From an uncultured Chloroflexia bacterium (GTDB lineage: Bacteria > Chloroflexota > Chloroflexia > Thermomicrobiales > UBA6265): a stretch of 64,000 bases of DNA. Shown here piece after piece: positions 1 to 13,194 of the stretch. The position numbers and the translations under genes are program-made. The notes under the pieces were generated by a model. The model was not told the origin of the DNA, did not search any database, and worked only from the letters and a program-made list of their open reading frames with translations. The stretch lies in assembly GCA_963724295.1 (NCBI GenBank), contig CAVRUC010000005.1:1-64000 (forward strand), in the 5' to 3' direction. Position 1 is the stretch's first letter, and each line of letters begins with the position of its first letter.

Positions 1-102
1 GTACTGTTCGGCCTTAAGGGCCGGATAGCGCTCGCCGGCGCGGATTCCATCTGATGCGGCCACGGGCCGAGCGTTCTCGGGCCGGGGGCTCGCCCTCTTT
101 CA

Positions 103-587
103 CTAACATTCCGGGCGGTCTAGCGCCTCAAGGAACGCCATCGCGGCTCCGCCCTCAATCCGCGTCTCGACGACCAGCTTGTCGGCCAGCGCCTTTACAT
201 GGCGCTTGTTCATTCGCACGAACTCGATCACTCGTTCTATGATCTCGTCTTTGAGGTCCTCTATCGCGTCAAACTTCTTGCTCACCGACATGTCGTCCCA
301 CCTCTCGCCCGTGTCGCTCTGAGCTTTTTCCCCGGTCAGTTTCTGGAACCGAACCGCGTCCCCGCCGCCCCAAGCACGGTCGCGATAATCGGGACAGAGT
401 TCCATCTGTGCGAGCGGTCCTCCGCCGTGCAGTGAGCAGCGCAATAGCAATCAATTGGGCCCTCATACCCCGTGCACTTCTTTTCGATGTCGACGCTCAG
501 GAGTTTGATCCGAAGCCGCCAAGCGATGACGGCATGACCGGCCTCGTGGATTGCCAGGACCTCGCGCGGCGGGTCAGCGTCATCCAT
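103..587 (-). pseudogene. Small zinc metallopeptidase-like protein (M41/FtsH-protease-like HExxH), frameshifted
   Basis: ORF 336..602 carries REVLAIHEAGHAVIA; the reading continues in ORF 103..450 in another frame (shift near 440-460). Confidence 0.55.
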
Positions 588-728
588 TTTTGAACACCTC
601 ACGACCCGGGCCGCCGGAAGATCTCGCCCTCCTTCACATAAATGCCTTTCCGATATGTCGCAGGAGTGAATAGGGCTACCCTCAGAAAGCGCTTAAACCT
701 GGCCAAAAATTGAGTGGGAGTTTCACAA

Positions 729-1084
729 TGCAAGTACCAGCATCGGTAAAGCCCGCAATATGGGGCGCAATCGGCGGCGCGGTCGCTGCAACGATAATCG
801 GCTTCACCTGGGGGGGCTGGGTAACGGGAGGAACAGCCGAAAGAATGGTGGCGACCAGTGCGCAGGATGCTTCAGTCCCAGCACTTACGCCGCTCTGCGT
901 TGCAAAGGGGGAGCAGCAACCGGAACAGCTTGTGCTCTTGAAGAAGGAGAGCTCCTGGAGTCGTCGCGACTTTGTCACCAAGGCCGGATGGGTCGCTAAC
1001 GTGAACGAAAAATTCCGATCTGCCGTCGCAACCGCGTGCGCATCGACACTCGTGGAAGCCATGGATGCGAAGCCTGCTGGGTGA
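729..1084 (+). CDS. Hypothetical membrane-anchored protein (WGAIGGA...GFTWGGWVTGG type)
   Basis: Intact ORF with RBS-like GGGAG upstream, an N-terminal hydrophobic segment and two Cys. It resembles a conserved hypothetical family I associate with Alphaproteobacteria. Confidence 0.7.
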
Positions 1085-1214
1085 TGGCAGGCCGCAAGTC
1101 GACGGCCGCAAGTCGTCGCTGGCCGTGTCCGTCGCGCCCGGGCGACAGCGGCCGTTCGCCTGGCGCCACGGGGGGCAAGCACGGAGTAAGTAAGGCATGA
1201 ATTGTATCGCCCTT

Positions 1215-1423
1215 CATCCTCGCCACCGTGACGAGGCCAACTGGCTCGCCAATAAGGTTGAACAACATAAGGACCAGCACGAGCGCGACGATCACGCCGA
1301 CGCGGACGCGGATCAGCTTGTTGATGGGTTGCGGCACGTCAGTACTGGCCGAGAACCCAGAAGATGAGACAGAAAACCCAGTACGAGGGCAATGAGCAGG
1401 AAGCTCACGAGGGCAGCGTTCAT
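1215..1423 (-). pseudogene. Small two-helix membrane protein, frameshifted
   Basis: The ATG at 1423 overlaps the upstream stop (ATGA). MNAALVSFLLIALVLG and DVPQPINKLIRV..GVIVALVLVLMLFNLIG lie in different frames. The 3' end is approximate. Confidence 0.45.
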
Positions 1424-1861
1424 TGGCGGCCCTCCCCCTTCTGCCGTGGCGAGAGAGCACGTTCTTGCGCCTGAGCAATCTTCACTTCCTCGCCGACAAG
1501 CGCGGCAGGTTTGCTCAACCTCGCTATCGGAAAGAAGACCGGGGCGAACGGATGCCGACGAAATGCTCCATCCGCTCACGCAGGGCGTAGGTCACGAGAA
1601 TGAAAAATCCATTGCCCTGGCCTGAAACATTGCCGAACACAACCTGGCACGGAACTTTCATGTCGATGATCAGCGCCGTGTTCATGATCTCGTGCCGAAA
1701 GCGGCATCACGAATGAACTTGTAGGCGAACCACGACGGTACGGCGATGCAGACTAGGATGCCCATCACCAGCGCATTCTGGAGGGTCAAACTGCGCAAGA
1801 CCTTGGTGATGCGTTCAACCAGGCCCATCCGGTCGGAAGGATAAGGATTGAGATCGCTCAT
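1420..1861 (-). pseudogene. Frameshifted copy of the 142-aa membrane hypothetical, with what is probably the native C-terminus (ERALSPRQKGEGRQ)
   Basis: Near-identical to 1858..2286 but interrupted by indels. Confidence 0.7.
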
Positions 1862-2302
1862 GTGTCCTTTGCCTCGGAGAGAGCACGTTCTTGCGCCTGA
1901 GCAATCTTCACTTCCTCGCCGACAAGCGCGCAGACTTGCTCAACCTCGCTATCGGAAAGAAGACCGGGCGAACGGATGCCGACGAAATGCTCCATCCGCT
2001 CACGCAGGGCGTAGGTCACGAGAATGAAAAATCCATTGCCCTGGCCTGAAACATTGCCGAACACAACCTGGCACGGAACTTTCATGTCGATGATCAGCGC
2101 CGTGTTCATGATCTCGTGCCGAAAAGCCGGATCACGAATGAACTTGTAGGCGAACCACGACGGTACGGCGATGCAGACGAGGATGCCCATCACCAGCGCA
2201 TTCTGGAGGGTCAAACTGCGCAAGACCTTGGTGATGCGTTCAACCAGGCCCATCCGGTCGGAAGGATAAGGATTGAGATCGCTCATGTGTCCTTTGCCTC
2301 GG
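1451..2302. repeat. Tandem direct duplication, two ~425-bp copies (1451-1876 and 1877-2302)
   Basis: Both copies start gagagagcacgttcttgcgcctgagcaatc and end gctcatgtgtcctttgcctcgg. The left copy differs by a few indels and substitutions. Confidence 0.97.
1858..2286 (-). CDS. Hypothetical single-TM protein (intact copy; C-terminal EAKDT derives from the duplication junction)
   Basis: 142-aa ORF with AAGGA RBS and hydrophobic segment ALVMGILVCIAVPSWFAY. Confidence 0.7.
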   Translation of the reverse strand: MSDLNPYPSDRMGLVERITKVLRSLTLQNALVMGILVCIAVPSWFAYKFIRDPAFRHEIMNTALIIDMKVPCQVVFGNVSGQGNGFFILVTYALRERMEHFVGIRSPGLLSDSEVEQVCALVGEEVKIAQAQERALSEAKDT

Positions 2303-2515
2303 ATGTCGACTCGTACGGCGCGTCACGGTGATGCTGCCGCTATTCCCCGCCCTTTGCTCATGCTCGCTCCGTAAAGAGTTGCCTCCGACTCGCGTCGACC
2401 CCCCATCCCCCATGTCGCGGGCCGCCGCCAGCGCCAAATTGGGTCTTGGTAATTGTTAATCGCCTCCCCACTTCGGGCAAGAAGTGCCAACCCTCTCATC
2501 AAATGGGGAAGATGT

Positions 2516-2807
2516 ATGAAATGTCCTGTCGACGGCTCTGAGTTAGTCATGACGGAGCGACAAGGGATTGAGATTGACTACTGTCCGAAATGCCGAGGCG
2601 TCTGGCTGGATCGTGGTGAACTGGACAAGATCATCGAGCGGTCAGCGCCTGCCGCAACAGCATCGTCGCCCTCCTTCATCCCGTTTCAGCGTCAGGCTGA
2701 CTCGCCCTCCCGCTACTCGCAGGCGCATCAAGACGACCGGCATTGGACTCGCGCCACCGGCATCACAAGCGCAAATCGTTTTCGGCCAACTTTTTGACTT
2801 CGACTGA
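2516..2807 (+). CDS. zf-TFIIB-like zinc-ribbon protein (frameshift near the 3' end)
   Basis: MKCPVD...EIDYCPKCRGVWLDRGELDKIIERS signature. The typical tail (HHKRKSF / GQLFDFD) is split between frames. Confidence 0.85.
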
Positions 2808-3034
2808 CTGCGTTATTGGGCTAAGATGAATCTATGGTCTTGGTGCTTCTGCGCACGGTGTGAGGCCTCCCGATTCATCAAAGTAGCGAGCCTCATCCTG
2901 CTCGTGGCAGCCACCCGTGAGCCAGGGGCCGGACTCGATGTTCGCGCCCTGAGAATACGCAGCATGCGACTCACACTTTGTGATTACGCGCGGGAAGACG
3001 GCGACTGGGATGTCTAAATGTCTACCTCTTGTCC

Positions 3035-4056
3035 ATGAAGCGACGCAATTTCCTTGAAGCCGTGGCTGCACTCGCCTTTGCCCGGCCCGACCTCGCAGAT
3101 GCGGATGCGCCAGTTCCCTCGACGGCGGGCCAGCTTCAGGCCCAGCTCGATGCGGCCAAGCCGCTCGGTCCGATGGAGAGCCTTCTCGTCGCCCAAAAAC
3201 AAAATGTGATCGCCGCGAGGACTTTCGGCGGGAGCTGGCTTGACCGACCGACCAATATCAAGTCGGCGTCGAAGGCGATCATCTCAGCGCTGGTCGGGAT
3301 CGCGATCGACAAGGGACTATTAAGCGGACCGGACCAACCCATCGCATCCTTGTTCAAGCGAGACCTGCCCTCGCGGCCCGACCCGCGTCTCGAGGCGATC
3401 ACCATCGGCCATCTTCTGTCGATGATATCAAAACTGGCCCGGACGTCGGGCACGAACTACGGAGCGTGGGTGGCCAGCCGGAACTGGGTTCGTTCCGTGC
3501 TCGTGCAGCCCTTCGTCGACGAGCCAGGCGGCCGCATGCTCTACTCGACGGGGTCAACCCATCTCCTCTCCGCGATCCTCACGCGCGTGAGCGGGCGGTC
3601 CACGCTGGCCCTCGCGCAAGAGTGGCTCGGCGAAGTGCGCGGCTTCAGGATCGCACGCTGGGACCGCTATCTGCAGGGGATCTATCTTGGTGGGAATCAG
3701 ATGGCGATGTCGCCCCGTTCGCTTATCGCCTTCGGGGCTCTCTACTGCAGTGGTGGCCGAACGCCAACCGGCAAGCAGATCGTCCCCGAGGATTGGATCA
3801 GGCTCTCCGGGCATCCTCGTACGGCTTCGGCGTTTACGGGCGATGCCTACTCGGCTATGGCTGGTTCCTGAGACGAATGGCCAACCGCGATGTGCGCTAC
3901 GCCTGGGGTTATGGGGGGCAGATGCTCTATGTCGTCCCGGACCTCGAGCTCACCATTGCGATCACATCCGACGACTCCGCGCCATCGGCTCGGATTGGGT
4001 ACAGAGACGAGCTTCATGAGACTGCGAACGCGATTATTGTCGCAATGGCTCAATGA
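3035..4056 (+). pseudogene. Beta-lactamase-family (class C-like) serine hydrolase with Tat signal, frameshifted near 3850
   Basis: MKRRNFL Tat motif, SASK (SxxK) and YSTG. The C-terminal YGWF..AWGYGGQ lies in ORF 3466..4056. Confidence 0.85.
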
Positions 4057-4230
4057 GACGTCCACGTCGCAGTAAGTGATCGCAGATGTCCGCTTGGGCT
4101 CCAATTTAGAAAGTCCCCTGCCCTGCGCTGAAAGTCGCTTCGACGGAATGAGCGGCGATGAACCTAGCACCGCAAAACCGGATCCATCGGATCCCCGGCG
4201 TTCGGCCTAAGGCGGCGCGATTGGCGCGCG

Positions 4231-4413
4231 GACTTCGGCTGCTCCTACGCTGCGGAGCCCGACAGACTCGTGGAGGAGCTCAAGGCGGACGAGGCGATTG
4301 CAGAGGCCGATACGCTGCTTCTGACCGTGCCGAACCAGCTCGGCGTCGATTACAACGCCCATGTCGTCGAGGCCCTCTTGAAGAATGTGGCTCCGGAGCT
4401 GGGCTGGCGATGA
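4231..4413 (+). pseudogene. C-terminal fragment of an LLM-class flavin-dependent oxidoreductase
   Basis: Manual translation gives DFGCSYAAEPDRLVEELKADEAIAEADTLLLTVPNQLGVDYNAHVVEALLKNVAPELGWR*. No N-terminal part lies upstream. Confidence 0.8.
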
Positions 4414-4565
4414 CACGATTTCGAGTGAATGGCTATCGAGTGCTGCTGACGCGCGGGCGCGCAGGCTCGATCATTTATCTTCCGCGAGGCAATGAGGATG
4501 ACCGTACTCGCTCGCCTGCGGAGTTTGAAGCGGTTGCGGACGTGCTACAGCAATACGTACTCTAG
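4410..4565 (+). pseudogene. C-terminal fragment of a DUF2075-type (Schlafen group 3-like) helicase-domain protein
   Basis: RVNGYRVLLTRGRAGSIIYLPRGNEDDRTR resembles the N.YRVLLTR.R.G motif that ends this family. Confidence 0.65.
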
Positions 4566-4706
4566 TCCAAGAACAGGAGAACATTGTTCTGGATATCCCT
4601 GAGCGTCGCGCTCGGATGGCGAAAGCGGCTCAGGCTGTGGCGCGACCCGACGCCGCCGCACGGCTGGCCGACGAGCTACTTTCGCTAGCGCGATAGCATC
4701 GGATCG

Positions 4707-6077
4707 TCATTCGGACGTTATGCCGACATCAATCGCTTCCGCGACAGTGTCCGCGCGAATGACTTTCAACCCGGCAACGTCTGTCGTGCCGCGCTTCGCT
4801 GACGAGGCTGGAATGACCGCCTTGTCGAAGCCAAGCCGCCTTGCCTCGCTGAGCCGGCGCTCGACCTGACTGACAGATCGAAGCTCGCCGGAGAGTCCGA
4901 TCTCACCGATGGCCACAAGCCGTGAGTCGATCGGACGATCGCGAAAGCTCGAGGCGATGGCCAGGGCGATCGAGAGATCAGCCGCCGGCTCTCCGATGCG
5001 CATGCCGCCGACGACATTGGCATAGATATCCTGGCCGCCGAGGCCCAGCCCGACCCGTTTCTGCAGCACGGCGACGAGCAACTGCAGGCGCCCGGTGTCA
5101 AGACCATTCGCGCTTCGCCGAGGCAACCCGAATGCCGATGGAGTGGTCAGGGCCTGCACTTCGACCAGAATAGGCCGGGTCCCCTCAACTGTCACGGCGA
5201 CACTCGAGCCCGTGGCGTTGTCGTTCCGTTCTTCGAGAAAAGCTTCCGAAGGATTGGCAACTTCTCGTAATCCAGACTCAGCCATCTCGAAAACGCCGAC
5301 TTCGTCAGTTGAGCCAAACCGGTTCTTGACCGCTCGCAGTACCCGGAAGTGCCCGTGTCGTTCGCCTTCGAGGTAGAGAACGGCATCGACCATGTGCTCG
5401 AGGACCCTGGGGCCAGCGATGGCGCCTTCTTTCGTCACGTGGCCGATGATGAAGATGGGAATATCACGGCTCTTTCCCCATTGCATGAGGCGCGCGGTAC
5501 ATTCCCTGACCTGAGAAACGCTCCCGGCCGCCGAGGTGATTTCATCGACGGACACAGTTTGAATTGAATCGACGATCAGCAGGGACGGAGACACGGCATT
5601 GGCGCTCGCCAGGATCTCGTCGAGATCCGTGCCGGAGAGCACCAGCACGTCGCCGGAGCGGACTCCGAGCCGATCGGCGCGGAGTCTGATCTGTTGCGCC
5701 GACTCCTCCGCCGACACGTAAAGCACCGGACCCTTGACGTCGGCCAGTGCCGCGGCCGCCTGGAGCACCAGTGTCGACTTGCCAATACCCGGGTCCCCCC
5801 CGATGAGCACCAATGTTCCCGGCACCAAGCCCCCACCAAGGACACGATCCAGCTCGGAGATCGGGACGGGAATTCGCTCGATTGCGGTTGCTCCGAGTGC
5901 CGTCAACGGTTGGGGCAGCTCGGCTGGGCGCCGCGCCGCAGCTCGTGCCGGTTGCGGCCGCTCCTCGATGGTTTCGATCATCGAATTCCAGGCGCCGCAA
6001 CCAGGGCAGCGGCCGAGGTAGGCATGGCTCGACACCCCGCACTGCTGGCAGATGAAACTCGTCTTGACTTTGGCCAC
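4707..6077 (-). CDS. radA: DNA repair protein RadA/Sms
   Basis: CxxC...CxxC zinc finger, GGDPGIGKST Walker A, KNRFG motif and Lon-like C-terminus. GTG start with GAGG RBS. Confidence 0.98.
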   Translation of the reverse strand: MAKVKTSFICQQCGVSSHAYLGRCPGCGAWNSMIETIEERPQPARAAARRPAELPQPLTALGATAIERIPVPISELDRVLGGGLVPGTLVLIGGDPGIGKSTLVLQAAAALADVKGPVLYVSAEESAQQIRLRADRLGVRSGDVLVLSGTDLDEILASANAVSPSLLIVDSIQTVSVDEITSAAGSVSQVRECTARLMQWGKSRDIPIFIIGHVTKEGAIAGPRVLEHMVDAVLYLEGERHGHFRVLRAVKNRFGSTDEVGVFEMAESGLREVANPSEAFLEERNDNATGSSVAVTVEGTRPILVEVQALTTPSAFGLPRRSANGLDTGRLQLLVAVLQKRVGLGLGGQDIYANVVGGMRIGEPAADLSIALAIASSFRDRPIDSRLVAIGEIGLSGELRSVSQVERRLSEARRLGFDKAVIPASSAKRGTTDVAGLKVIRADTVAEAIDVGITSE

Positions 6078-6178
6078 GATGTCCTCGCTAGTTCGACGAC
6101 GGCAGCACCATTGCGAGTCTGACGGGATGGGGCGGCCACCTGGCCGCCCCATCGATACACATTGCGCTGTACAGCGGG

Positions 6179-8644
<2,466 letters not shown>

Positions 8645-8885
8645 CCGTGGATCTCCCGTCGCCCTCGGCTAGCGGCGATGCCGCCACCACCGTTGTTGCC
8701 TCTATGATAGTCGTCCCAGGTAAGGGTGTCTTGCGCGCTATGCACTACAAGCAACGCCGCGCGCCCCTTACATGTTCCAGCGTATGCGCAAGCGGCAGGC
8801 CAGGATAGCCTGCCGCGCGCTCTTGATGTACTGAATCTACAGAAAGTTCGTTGTCAACCTACGCCAGCTGAGACCTGAGTCGACC

Positions 8886-10610
8886 TTACTCGGTCGCTCC
8901 TCCCTCGCCGTCCGCCGACGCGTCCGTCTCGCCCTCACCAGATGCCTCGGCTACCAGGTCGGCGGGGGCACCAGCCATAGCGAAAGCCATGGCCATTGCG
9001 GACAGCTCGCCATCGAGGTCCTCGGGAAGATCGACCGCTGGTCGAGACGGTTCCTTGCGCGGCTTTGGTTGAGCCGCTTGTCGCGGCGCCGACGCGGGGG
9101 CCGCGGCTGCCGCTTCTTCCTCCTCGCCCCGTGGTTCGGCCGTCACCTCGGAAACTGTCGCGGCCGGGCTGTCAACCTCAGCCGATTCTGGCGACTCCTC
9201 TTCTGACGTCTCGGAGGCCTCCCCGGAGAACGCGTCGCCAAGTTCGATCCCTTCGGCCTCGAGGCGAACTCGGATGCGCTCGATCAGCTCATCCCGCTCT
9301 CGCAGCGCCTCCGCTCCGAACACGCCTTCGAGCTCGGCGTCAGGCGTATCGAGGGCCCGACGCAAGCTAAGACCCATGCGTCGTCGCTGCGGATCGATCC
9401 GAATGATCCGCAAGAGCAGATCATCGCCTTCGGAGACAACCTGCTTGGGATGCGACACCCGATCATCAACGAGCTCGGAGACGTGGATGAGTCCTTCGAT
9501 GCCGTCCTCGATTCGCGCGAACGCTCCGAAGTTGGCGAGTTGAGTCACCGTCCCGCGAACAAGCTGGCCGACCTCATAGGCCGCCGCCACTCGGCTCCAC
9601 GGTTCGGCCTGAGTGCGCTTGATCGAAAGCGCGATCTTCTTTTCCTGAGCGTTGATGCCCAGGACGTAGACGTCGACTTCCTGGCCAACTCGTAGCACTT
9701 CGCTTGGATGCCGGACCCGGCTCCAGGACAGCTCGGAAAGATGGACGAGTCCATCCGCTCCGCCAATGTCAACGAAGGCGCCGAAGTCGCAGATCGAGGA
9801 GACGCGACCCTTGCGGACTTCGCCCTCGCTCAGCTCGTCGATCAATCGTTCCTTCATGACGTCTCGCCGCTCCTGCACCGCCTGGCGCTCGGAGAGGATG
9901 AGTCGATTTCGGTGCCGGTTGATCTCGATCACCTTCAAAGGCAGCGAGCTGCCGATCAGGCGCGCCATGTCGGCCTGCTTGCTAGCCTCGTCGCCGCCTC
10001 GGATCTCGGTGACCTGTGAAGCCGGTACGAAGCCACGCACGCCGTCCAGGTTTACCAGCAGGCCGCCCTTGTTGTAATTGGTAACCTCGGCCTCGATGAC
10101 CTCGTTGGCCTCGTGGAGTTCCTGCAACCGGCGCCAGCTCTTCTCTTGCCGCGCCCGGTCGATGCTGACTACGGCGTGACCTTCTTGATTTTCCGGCTGC
10201 ACCACGAAGACGAGGATGGTGTCGCCGACTGCCAGGGCCTGGCGCTCGTCAGAGGACAGACTCGAGTATTCCCGCGAGGGGACGATGCCTTCAGACTTCG
10301 AGCCGATGTCGACCAGAATCTCCTCACGGTCGAGGTGCATGATCACCCCATCCATGACATCCCCATACTTCAGACTCTTGTAGTCGTGGCTGGGGTCATT
10401 GAGAAACTGTTCCATGAGCGAGGCCGTGTCGAGCTCACCGTCTTCAGTAGTGACGGCTGGGTCGGACGCGGTTTCCGTGCTGACGGCGGATTCGGCAGGT
10501 CCTTCGGCCACTTCGACAGCGGACGCGGTGACGTCGGCAGCCACACCTTGCGGCACGGCCTCTTCCACCGCTGTTTGGTTCGTCTGCTCGCTCACGTCTG
10601 TACCGTCCAT
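8886..10610 (-). CDS. rpsA: 30S ribosomal protein S1 (four S1 domains, acidic extensions)
   Basis: Repeated S1 motifs (DIGSKSEG, NKGGL..GFVPASQ, FGAFVDIGGADGLVHLSELSW, FGAF..IEGLIHVSEL). Confidence 0.96.
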   Translation of the reverse strand: MDGTDVSEQTNQTAVEEAVPQGVAADVTASAVEVAEGPAESAVSTETASDPAVTTEDGELDTASLMEQFLNDPSHDYKSLKYGDVMDGVIMHLDREEILVDIGSKSEGIVPSREYSSLSSDERQALAVGDTILVFVVQPENQEGHAVVSIDRARQEKSWRRLQELHEANEVIEAEVTNYNKGGLLVNLDGVRGFVPASQVTEIRGGDEASKQADMARLIGSSLPLKVIEINRHRNRLILSERQAVQERRDVMKERLIDELSEGEVRKGRVSSICDFGAFVDIGGADGLVHLSELSWSRVRHPSEVLRVGQEVDVYVLGINAQEKKIALSIKRTQAEPWSRVAAAYEVGQLVRGTVTQLANFGAFARIEDGIEGLIHVSELVDDRVSHPKQVVSEGDDLLLRIIRIDPQRRRMGLSLRRALDTPDAELEGVFGAEALRERDELIERIRVRLEAEGIELGDAFSGEASETSEEESPESAEVDSPAATVSEVTAEPRGEEEEAAAAAPASAPRQAAQPKPRKEPSRPAVDLPEDLDGELSAMAMAFAMAGAPADLVAEASGEGETDASADGEGGATE

Positions 10611-10727
10611 ATGGCCTTCCAGAATCCGAACATGCCGCAAACTTCCCGGAGCTATCCCCCACATGAGGGTCAGCCAGTTCGGAAAGCCAGAACGATTAGT
10701 ATAGCGACTTGGCAAGAACCGACGCAA

Positions 10728-11867
10728 CTACGCCGTGGCGGTCTCTGCTGTCAGTGGGTCGACATCCGCTGATTCGCGGGGAGTCGATGAGAGCCGGGCG
10801 GACGCCTCGACTATGGCATTGATTGCCTGCCGCATCTCGGGCTCGTGCACCCACCCCATATGTCCGACTCGGATCAGGCGGTCAGCCAGGTGCCCTTGTC
10901 CGCCCTGAGCCTCGACGCCGTAGTCGCGGCGTAGCATCGCCAGCAATTCGCCGGCGGTGACATCCGCGGGCGGCTCGAACGCGGTGATCGAGTCACTTTC
11001 GAACCCGGGCTGCGCGAACAACCGTAACCCTGCGTCCGTGATGCCGTCCCGCGTCAGAGATCCCAAACGTCGGTGGCGTTCCCAGACCTGCTCGATGCCT
11101 TCGCCGGCGATCATCCCCAGCGCCGCCCGGAATGCGTAGATCATGGAAAGCGGCGGCGTGGTCGGAGTCATGCCCTGATCCGCCGCTTTCTTGACTTCGC
11201 TCATGTCCCAAAAGAACCGCGGGTAGCCGGACCGTTGGTGCGCCGCCCATGCCCGCGGCCCGGCGGCGACGATCAAGAGTCCGGGTGGACACATCCACGC
11301 CTTCTGTGATCCGGAAAAAACGAAGTCGACGCCCCACGCATCAACCTCCAGTGGCAAGGCCCCCGCGGCGCTCACGGCGTCGACCACGACGAGCGCGCCG
11401 TGTTCGCGCACGATCGCGGCCAGCTCGCGCAACGGGTTGGTGACACCAGTCGATGTCTCGTTGTGGACGAGAAACACCGCCTTTACGTCGGGATGCGTTT
11501 CGAGCGCCGATTGGAGTTGCGCGGGCAGAATTGCCTCTCCCCACTGGACGTCGAGGCGCCGCGTGTCAATTCCGAGGCGGCCGGCAACGCCGGCAAACCG
11601 CTCCCCGAAGTTTCCGTTGACTCCAACCAGGACGGGATCGCCCGGCGAGAGGAGATTCACCACGGCGACTTCCCAGCCAGCCGAGCCCGTGGCGGCCCAC
11701 GTCAGAACATCGCCGTCAGTGCGATGGATCTCTCGCGCCAGCTCGAGCGTCTCGCTGTACAGAGCTCTGAATGCGGGTCCCCGATGCGGGATCATCTCGC
11801 GCCCTAGCGCGGCAACCACCTGCGGCGGCAAGGGCGTGGGACCCGGTAGACGAAAATTGACTGACAT
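10728..11867 (-). CDS. Class V PLP aminotransferase (alanine/serine--glyoxylate aminotransferase family)
   Basis: PGPT, HNETSTG, VVDAVS, SGSQKA (PLP lysine) and RVGHMG. Confidence 0.93.
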   Translation of the reverse strand: MSVNFRLPGPTPLPPQVVAALGREMIPHRGPAFRALYSETLELAREIHRTDGDVLTWAATGSAGWEVAVVNLLSPGDPVLVGVNGNFGERFAGVAGRLGIDTRRLDVQWGEAILPAQLQSALETHPDVKAVFLVHNETSTGVTNPLRELAAIVREHGALVVVDAVSAAGALPLEVDAWGVDFVFSGSQKAWMCPPGLLIVAAGPRAWAAHQRSGYPRFFWDMSEVKKAADQGMTPTTPPLSMIYAFRAALGMIAGEGIEQVWERHRRLGSLTRDGITDAGLRLFAQPGFESDSITAFEPPADVTAGELLAMLRRDYGVEAQGGQGHLADRLIRVGHMGWVHEPEMRQAINAIVEASARLSSTPRESADVDPLTAETATA

Positions 11868-12100
11868 GAAGCGAGCTCCAGCCGCGTGCATTTGCTTGGC
11901 GGGACTATCGGACGCGTCGCTGGGCGACGACCCGGCGGCAGCATGCTAGATTCACCGCCTCGTCGAACGCAAATAGGAGTATCGCCGCGTCCGTCATGCC
12001 GCATGCCGTACGACGTTGAGGCCATCGGTGACTGCGCCCCGCTCAATCTGGGTGCCCTGAAACCCGCCGGAGATAACAGTTACTGAACGCGGCCGCTATG

Positions 12101-12691
12101 TCAGAGGACGACATTCTCCAGGTGGCGGATGTCGTCAAACAGGACGAGCTCCGGCTCGACTTCGGCATCCGAGACTCGAACCAGACCGACGCCGAAGTGC
12201 GGATTCCAGCGGCGCTCCGTCGGCGAGCCTGGATTAAAGAGAATCGTGCGTCCTTCCTGGTCGATGAGCGGTTTGTGGCTATGGCCAAACACGATCAGGT
12301 CGATCTCAGCAGAGGCAGCGGCACGGGCCGCTTTGAGCGCCGTCTTGCCGTGGTGTCCGTGCAACAAAAGCACCGTGCGCGAACCCGACTCAATCCAGAC
12401 ACGATCGGGCAGCGTCTCGATCAGATCGAGCGGGTCCGCGTTGCCGCGCACCGCAACAGTCGGCGCCACGTGCTCCAGGCCCTCGAGCACCGAGGCGTGA
12501 CCGGCATCTCCGGCATGCAGGATGAGCCCGACGCGCGCCCGCCGAAAGAACTCGTTGACTCGATCCAACGAACGCCCTGTCCGAGTCGGGGAGATGTGTG
12601 TGTCGGCCACCACTCCCAGAAGAACCGGCGACGCGACCCGAATCCGGCTCTCGGCAATTGGTAGCTTCCGGGTCCAAACACCTCTGCTCAC
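12101..12691 (-). CDS. YfcE/MJ0936-family metallophosphoesterase
   Basis: ADTH, HAGD, RGNAD, HGH, GHSH and NPGS motifs. Start approximate. Confidence 0.9.
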   Translation of the reverse strand: MSRGVWTRKLPIAESRIRVASPVLLGVVADTHISPTRTGRSLDRVNEFFRRARVGLILHAGDAGHASVLEGLEHVAPTVAVRGNADPLDLIETLPDRVWIESGSRTVLLLHGHHGKTALKAARAAASAEIDLIVFGHSHKPLIDQEGRTILFNPGSPTERRWNPHFGVGLVRVSDAEVEPELVLFDDIRHLENVVL

Positions 12692-12861
12692 ATCATTCCT
12701 TCCGGACTCGAATGCACCAAGAGCAGATCGACTTGTGCACCGTGGCGAGCATCGTCTTCGGCGCAGTCGGCGGCATGCTATCGTAGCTCGGACGTGGTTT
12801 CGCGGGTCATAGGTTCGCCAGTTGGCTCGCACGGTTTGGAACTCTTCCCGCCGGGACATCA

Positions 12862-13194
12862 ATGGGACATACCCTCAGCGCATGCTGCCCAATCGAGCGC
12901 ACGGCAACTTTGATCGGCGATCGTTGGACGCCGCTGATCGTGCGCGATCTGGCGCCCGGTTGCCGGCGCTTCAGCGAGCTGCAGCGGTCGCTCGGCGGGA
13001 TCAGCCCGAAGACGCTCTCGGATCGCTTGCGTCGTCTGGAAGAGGCTGGAGTCGTGACCAGGTCGTGTTTTGCGGAAATGCCGCCGCGCGTGGAGTACCG
13101 GCTGACCGACAAAGGATTCGCACTGCTTGGCGTAATCGAGAGCATGCGCGAGTTCGGTCTGTCCTGGCTCACGGAAACGGCTACCGCTCCCTAG
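12862..13194 (+). CDS. HxlR-family winged-helix transcriptional regulator
   Basis: CPIE..IGDRWT...RFSELQRSL.GISPKTL...PPRVEYRLT.KG. Confidence 0.93.
   Translation: MGHTLSACCPIERTATLIGDRWTPLIVRDLAPGCRRFSELQRSLGGISPKTLSDRLRRLEEAGVVTRSCFAEMPPRVEYRLTDKGFALLGVIESMREFGLSWLTETATAP

Noticed and set aside
1451..2302. CRISPR array or IS element
   Set aside because: Only two long copies, with no spacers, inverted repeats or transposase.
4571..4589. LexA/SOS box (GAACAGGAGAACATTGTTC)
   Set aside because: The spacing fits neither GAAC-N4-GTTC nor GAAC-N7-GAAC, and no gene start follows.
8792..8857. Terminator or promoter between rpsA and clpC (GCGGCAGGC..GCCTGCCGC hairpin; TTGACA on the minus strand)
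   Set aside because: The hairpin lacks a U-tract and the TTGACA has no properly spaced -10. No CIRCE or CtsR repeat was recognised.
12003..12086. Possible 27-aa peptide MPYDVEAIGDCAPLNLGALKPAGDNSY
   Set aside because: The RBS-like AGGAG is too far from this ATG and there is no recognisable motif, so it cannot be supported.
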